From: Anaerolineae bacterium
GTDB taxonomy: Bacteria > Chloroflexota > Anaerolineae > Epilineales > Epilineaceae
NCBI GenBank assembly: GCA_029262755.1
Contig: JAJCYU010000044.1
Location: 1 to 42,388 of the forward strand
Length of the DNA stretch: 42,388 nt
Reading direction: 5' to 3'
The notes beneath the pieces are model-generated. The model saw nothing but the letters and a program-made list of their open reading frames with translations, was not told the DNA's origin and ran no database searches. Below are positions 40,701 through 42,388 of the stretch, piece by piece (the first letter of the stretch is position 1; each line of letters opens with the position of its first letter). Made by a program: the position numbers and the translations under genes.

Positions 40701-42388
40701 TCTGCTCCTCGACCAGCTGCACCTTGGGTGGCTGCAGATCGGCAGCCTCAACATCGCGCGCCACTCTCACGCTGCGGCCCTCGTGTCGCCGGACCAGTAC
40801 ATCATCGTGATCGGCGGCGAGGGCGCCAGCGGCGTGCTCACTAGCACGGAAAAGGTCAACGGTTCCCTGTCGACGTGGACCCCCGTCGGCGGACTGAACG
40901 TCGGCCGGAAGCACCTGACCGCGACGGCTCTCCAGGACGGCAAGGTCCTGGTTGCCGGCGGCACCGACGCGGCGGGCAATCCGCTGAAGTCGGCCGAGAT
41001 GTACGATCCGGCCACCGAGATGTGGACGCTCGTCGCCCCGATGGGCGAATCTCGAACGCTGGCCACGGCCACGTTGTTGGACGACGGCCGCGTGCTGGTC
41101 GTGGCCGGACAGAGCGCGGCCGGCAAGGTGCTCAACACCGCGGAGATCTACGATCCGGCTACGGACACGTGGACGCCCACCAATCCGCTCGTTGTGGCGC
41201 GCTATTCGCACACAGCGACGAAGCTCGTGGACGGCCGCGTGGTCATCATCGGCGGCATCGGCGAAAACGGTGAGCCCATCGCGGCGGTCGAGATCTTCGA
41301 CCCCAACGCCAATCCTCTTCTCGGCACGCCCTGTCAGAATGCCCTGGGGCCGCTGCGCGACAACGGGGGCCCGACGCTGACCCGCGCGTTGCCGGCGATC
41401 AGTCCCGCGATCGACGCCGGTCTCGACCCCGCGGACTGTATGCGGCCCGTGGACCAGCGCGGCAGCCCGCGCCACAAGAAGCTCCGCTGCGACAGCGGTG
41501 CCTACGAGGGCGGCGGCAACAAGATCAGGGTGTGCCCCACGTGCCAGCCCGACCCGGACCAGTTGATCTTCAGCGACCTGCAGACGGCGCTGCTCTGTTC
41601 CTTCGGCGGCGACACGATCTGCCTTGATCCCGGCACGTATACGGGCAACTTTGTGATCTACAAGGACACGACGCTCACGCACAACGTACCGGACCTCAAG
41701 ACGGTGAACGTCGAGGGCTCGGTCGATACGCGCGTCATCCTGCAGCATTCGCCCAAGACCATCGAGGAGCAGCGGCAGGACGTGGAAGCCCTGACCGCAC
41801 AAGAGCCCAAGCTCGGCACGGTACTGAGCGTGAAGGGCTTCAGCTATCCCGCGGCTGCCGCCACGACGCCGGTGACCGTCTCCGCGGACGTCAGCGTGAC
41901 GTTACGCGCCATGACCATCCGCCACGGATTTAATGTCGAGGGCGGTGGCGTCTTCAACATCGGCAAGCTCAGCATCTTCACCTCCACGCTCCACGACAAC
42001 GCCGCGGTCAACAGGCCCCGCGTCCCGTTGGCCGATCTCTCCAAGGTAGAGAACCTGGGCCGCGGCGGCGCCATCTTCAACAAGGGCGAGCTGCACGTCG
42101 AGCGCAGCACGATCTCCGCGAACCGTTCCGAAGGCTTCGGCGGTGCGATCTACGTCGACGGCTCGGTCAACATCGGCGAGAAGGATGCGGCCAAGCTCAA
42201 GAGGGCCATGCTCGTGCACGACACATTGGCCTTCAACGAGGCGGTGCGTCTCGGCGTAGAGCGAGTCATCCTCTACTTCGACCAGCTGCAGCAGGGGGGC
42301 GGTGCCTTCAAGAAGGTTGATACAACGTTCTTGTCCGGAGATCGCATCCTGATTCAGAACAAGCTGCCGGCGTCCGTGCTATTCCGCG
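31762..42388 (+). CDS. Giant secreted multidomain protein (>3542 aa, 3' end outside the window): beta-helix/choice-of-anchor-Q units, FG-GAP/VCBS propellers and a Kelch propeller
   Basis: Translated by hand from ATG 31762 (GAGGA upstream) with no stop before the window end. Signal-like N-terminus, 35 DxDGDGxxD-type repeats, GGG/GGA beta-helix rungs, two LGPLxxNGG.T...DQRG...CDxGAxE motifs and 7 Kelch repeats. Confidence 0.92.
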   Translation, partial: MSNSRNRGISNTRGRRTALAMGMAFAAATAGGAMIALPGALAAREAPTRAEDGLTQQGRSAPIADASAALAAVPQSVAAQAATIGRTWHVSTAGNDTASCGTQGAPCKTVSYVLGSARPTQGGDAVSAGDVVELADGTFEENLVVKNRNVTLRGQGTSRTTLANSATFGDLDQLMQTITETNVSAVAVADFNGDGRIDLAVANKGTGGRSRVYLHTGATAPYSGVTPVELHSPPDALDTRALIAGDFNGDGLIDLAEGNEGGATRLFLNNGLGGFGAGADALVTQTNATRSLVGADLNGDGNLDLVEGNYNQTNHVYLGAGNGTFMDGGAITTDADKTRSVAAGDVDGDGRPDVLAANEGEKNRLYLNNGQGVFPAGTDIDPTATNGSSSAVLSDVDGDNRLDALFGNDGQANRVYLNNGTGLPFSGVAGSTISTDTHATQAMAVGDVDANADGRADVFVANAGAPGANFVYLNAGGTAPFSGTVRNGLGTSHLASTALALADLDGDGDLDVVDAGGGTVNLWRNGLALSTGRPLTLEPGDGRLVVDAFGGTPMSMTIPAGDTSSSPDRFHNSVATADVDGDGDLDVVLGRSGAYGPIGENGYGDSRAPQVFLNDGTGGLTLTPPLKDENSTYRNDSQYIDLGDLTGDGRPELVVASYRCQWAAGSCAPGIFAYLNTGSITHPFSAEPVVIRNDYYGTVARIADINLDGHNDILWGDRGGGHGIDVCYGDGTWPFDGNTCTGETPGDWSLDIGLADFNRDGAPDMVTSGDNFIHVVLNRKTGNPSDRQFSGTGVKTYRFDFSYSTYRLAAHDFTNDGWPDFVAGFSIKNEPKLLLYANSQDPDDPFGGVSPVVIEPGNVGSDNGKGVRGFGVGDADRDGDLDLVVTFSNRSASDPQPTKLFLNNGSGLPFVGVTPIVLDGDVTEGNRWDAEISDLTGDGWPDIILPSRYEPTYVIKNNGASPFTGGANDLLIGPASGMTKTLDLHMVDVDGDGRPDALNVFGGSAPSAELFINNGTGDPFEGTSPSGLNVANARSVATGDLDNDGDLDVVFGVRGVMPPAPTATGAPSPTPTLTPSPTPTGGFTPTATVAPTNTVTPTATTTPSPTATPLIGSPFTNKVILNGGAGSGVDPYSGITPTQMSGILRNTTAIVLADFDGDGKLDAITGNGGEEGAQKNVFYKGNGDGTFATGVDGWSATRTTYGLAYGDVDKDGNVDVVAANDTSAMRLYRGNGAGGFPAANRHDLPNSGDGVRAVALFDVDGDGDLDLVTAASAASEPNRIYLNTGTAPFFTTGSKIDLPDPAASHDVDVQDIDGDGRFDIVVANRGSANRAYLQGVSASTWSASEVGSGVSNTIQIAALDTNGDGSVDIVAGHEDHVNTITLNARKTVPFGGSAFLNPVGNDTQDVELFDVDADGDLDVVTGNGGGRSIGQANEVQLNRGNGTFEVPLTIGSDRDRTTGIEVGDVNGDGNPDIVVSNGGTTAAENKIYLHSGNATGPFQNVAAQNVSDEQEKSSDLALVDIDGDNDLDLVVVNDGAVNRVYYNSGGQFSGNQGSGGDPITGDGDASRALAVGDLNKDGRPDIVVANVGVNKAFLNDGSGAFAPSVQASGDESFGDSGGQSVAVAVGDVDGDGDDDTVIGNANQKDRLFLNSGNGRFGNPIDLVGRTSVLSPALSVTSTTSVALADVDGDNDLDLIVGYSNQPKDLFLNEGGANPFGGEAVGIDGFDSASALTLGDIDGDQDLDLVTGRSGTGDAGRNIVTFNIKGSKVRVENMTLARGSAEDGGGALSRFGTLEFKDCRIANNTASKDGGGVWVDKNAALAISHCTVERNSSSGRGGGIYLGASADSTTLSDVEFLNNTANIGGAMFSGVDEEIEDSTFDGNRAANNGGALFSQGKLDVRASTFSRNTAGADGGAVYIGAEASLKLVNGTVSYNVAKGNGAGIYNAGTANLRFDTFVANALQFVTVPVRDPSLVKGVTLFNAAGATAETIATIFAEPLVLGAPSANSTVAENCNTALASQGNNRVFPGRVSAAGGQTDSSCGLALDEELTVAHKLGPLANNGGKTLTHRPFKTDDTVLDVVSPASCEVDIDQRGRDRPSVGLRDAAQPRAWCDVGAVEIGAATLFVCGPPLSRATHRPRCTFLSVKDAMAQADQGDTIVVSGVVTETVVVNKDVVLTGPRKEDNLEPGTHMGFLQFSPNKPKGLGLVTGTVVSVQPGISATIRNLNIRHGDGKDGGGVRNEGTLLIEGASIYNNAAVDGGGVHNKGILKVINSTITENEASGDGGGLFNASGATSNLHSVTLADNGTGANRTFGGGASRDGDVGDIDGDGNLDLVVVRDSSVWFQKGKGSAAFDNAVDLGSLQLSAGDVPLSVVVTNVNATGAMSDTFLDIIVGHRRGSPRLYKGKAGGSFEAPVLIDPAQGAGETLEIRSIAVGDVNGDGRVDVVAATGFSSHHNQLYTGAVSPTFNAAVDIGGASDKDEAEAIALADVDADGKLDLAVATGGNTVAHKIYENDGSAGVFADGRKIGEITGTNPDSFHGLSIAAGDLVGDTKPDLVIGNLGGRFWLFEATGAFTTQGGFDSGDTYGDSDGIAVNALALGDIDGDGKLDVVAGHNAPKRKTYHPNMGNGTLRAPIFVGADNDAIDEATVGDLILANLDGDTAPDLVGLHLGSADKVYPNLRASKPDEPFKQGTTGPNNMHNSSAISGSVTARNSLLRALEPSPSGVQCTAAITTNTIFDGGGNFVCAEKCFNGGPLAMAGGGGGPLVAAQARTDSLGTRLRRGIQRFFNRGSEDDVAEANGASIDAAAGVAQAAAAPTPIGSWTRRTDVPAPRSQHGAALLGDGLRILVTGGKDTNNAAMTNTTIVDFISNSPPRDVKPMDDGRYAHSTTRVNLQPNQGEDAIWRVLVTGGRQGTMASGIITSTELYTTTPSPDGDWTDTGNLNFARSEHVATSVSHDRSQGIVVTGGNGRSGLLDTAEILLLDQLHLGWLQIGSLNIARHSHAAALVSPDQYIIVIGGEGASGVLTSTEKVNGSLSTWTPVGGLNVGRKHLTATALQDGKVLVAGGTDAAGNPLKSAEMYDPATEMWTLVAPMGESRTLATATLLDDGRVLVVAGQSAAGKVLNTAEIYDPATDTWTPTNPLVVARYSHTATKLVDGRVVIIGGIGENGEPIAAVEIFDPNANPLLGTPCQNALGPLRDNGGPTLTRALPAISPAIDAGLDPADCMRPVDQRGSPRHKKLRCDSGAYEGGGNKIRVCPTCQPDPDQLIFSDLQTALLCSFGGDTICLDPGTYTGNFVIYKDTTLTHNVPDLKTVNVEGSVDTRVILQHSPKTIEEQRQDVEALTAQEPKLGTVLSVKGFSYPAAAATTPVTVSADVSVTLRAMTIRHGFNVEGGGVFNIGKLSIFTSTLHDNAAVNRPRVPLADLSKVENLGRGGAIFNKGELHVERSTISANRSEGFGGAIYVDGSVNIGEKDAAKLKRAMLVHDTLAFNEAVRLGVERVILYFDQLQQGGGAFKKVDTTFLSGDRILIQNKLPASVLFR
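32305..37010 (+). repeat. Array of 28 FG-GAP/VCBS repeats (consistent with four 7-bladed propellers)
   Basis: D-x-[DNT]-x-D-G-x-x-D motifs counted from 32329 (DFNGDGRID) to 36964 (DIDGDQDLD). Confidence 0.85.
34933..35088 (+). repeat. Pro/Thr-rich linker (PPAPTATGAPSPTPTLTPSPTPT...PTATP)
   Basis: Direct translation in the frame of the giant ORF. Confidence 0.85.
38700..39830 (+). repeat. Second FG-GAP array, 7 repeats (one propeller)
   Basis: DIDGDGNLD, a degenerate NVNA...DTFLD, DVNGDGRVD, DVDADGKLD, DLVGDTKPD, DIDGDGKLD and NLDGDTAPD. Confidence 0.8.
40220..41310 (+). repeat. Seven Kelch/galactose-oxidase-type repeats
   Basis: R..H.A..L.DG..LV.GG...AE.YDPAT..W pattern, e.g. DGKVLVAGG...AEMYDPATEMW. 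Confidence 0.88.

Noticed and set aside
38851..41802. 983-aa minus-strand ORF, the longest track ORF in this region
   Set aside because: It is the antisense shadow of the giant + strand ORF, which has clear FG-GAP and Kelch motifs; the shadow has no domain features.

Overview
High-GC bacterial DNA, probably Chloroflexota (inferred from P/T-rich linkers and gene styles, not proven). The first 14 kb is mostly ordinary: a SAM methyltransferase, an LLM-class flavin oxidoreductase interrupted by an in-frame TAG, an M19 dipeptidase, an ankyrin-repeat protein, two small membrane proteins, a heterodimeric ABC exporter pair, an RlmL-like THUMP RNA methyltransferase and a secreted PA-domain PNGase F-like enzyme. 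From 14.3 kb to the end, three co-oriented genes encode very large exported proteins. The first is a 4802-aa DUF11-repeat protein with a 1788-nt super-repeat. The second is a 936-aa uncharacterised protein with nested domain insertions. The third is an ORF of more than 3542 aa that is absent from the supplied ORF track because it runs off the window. In it, beta-helix/choice-of-anchor-Q units carry inserted FG-GAP and Kelch beta-propellers. This surface-protein locus is the best candidate for an undescribed system. I saw no RNA genes, CRISPR arrays, transposases or reverse transcriptases. All domain calls come from reading motifs by eye, not from database searches.
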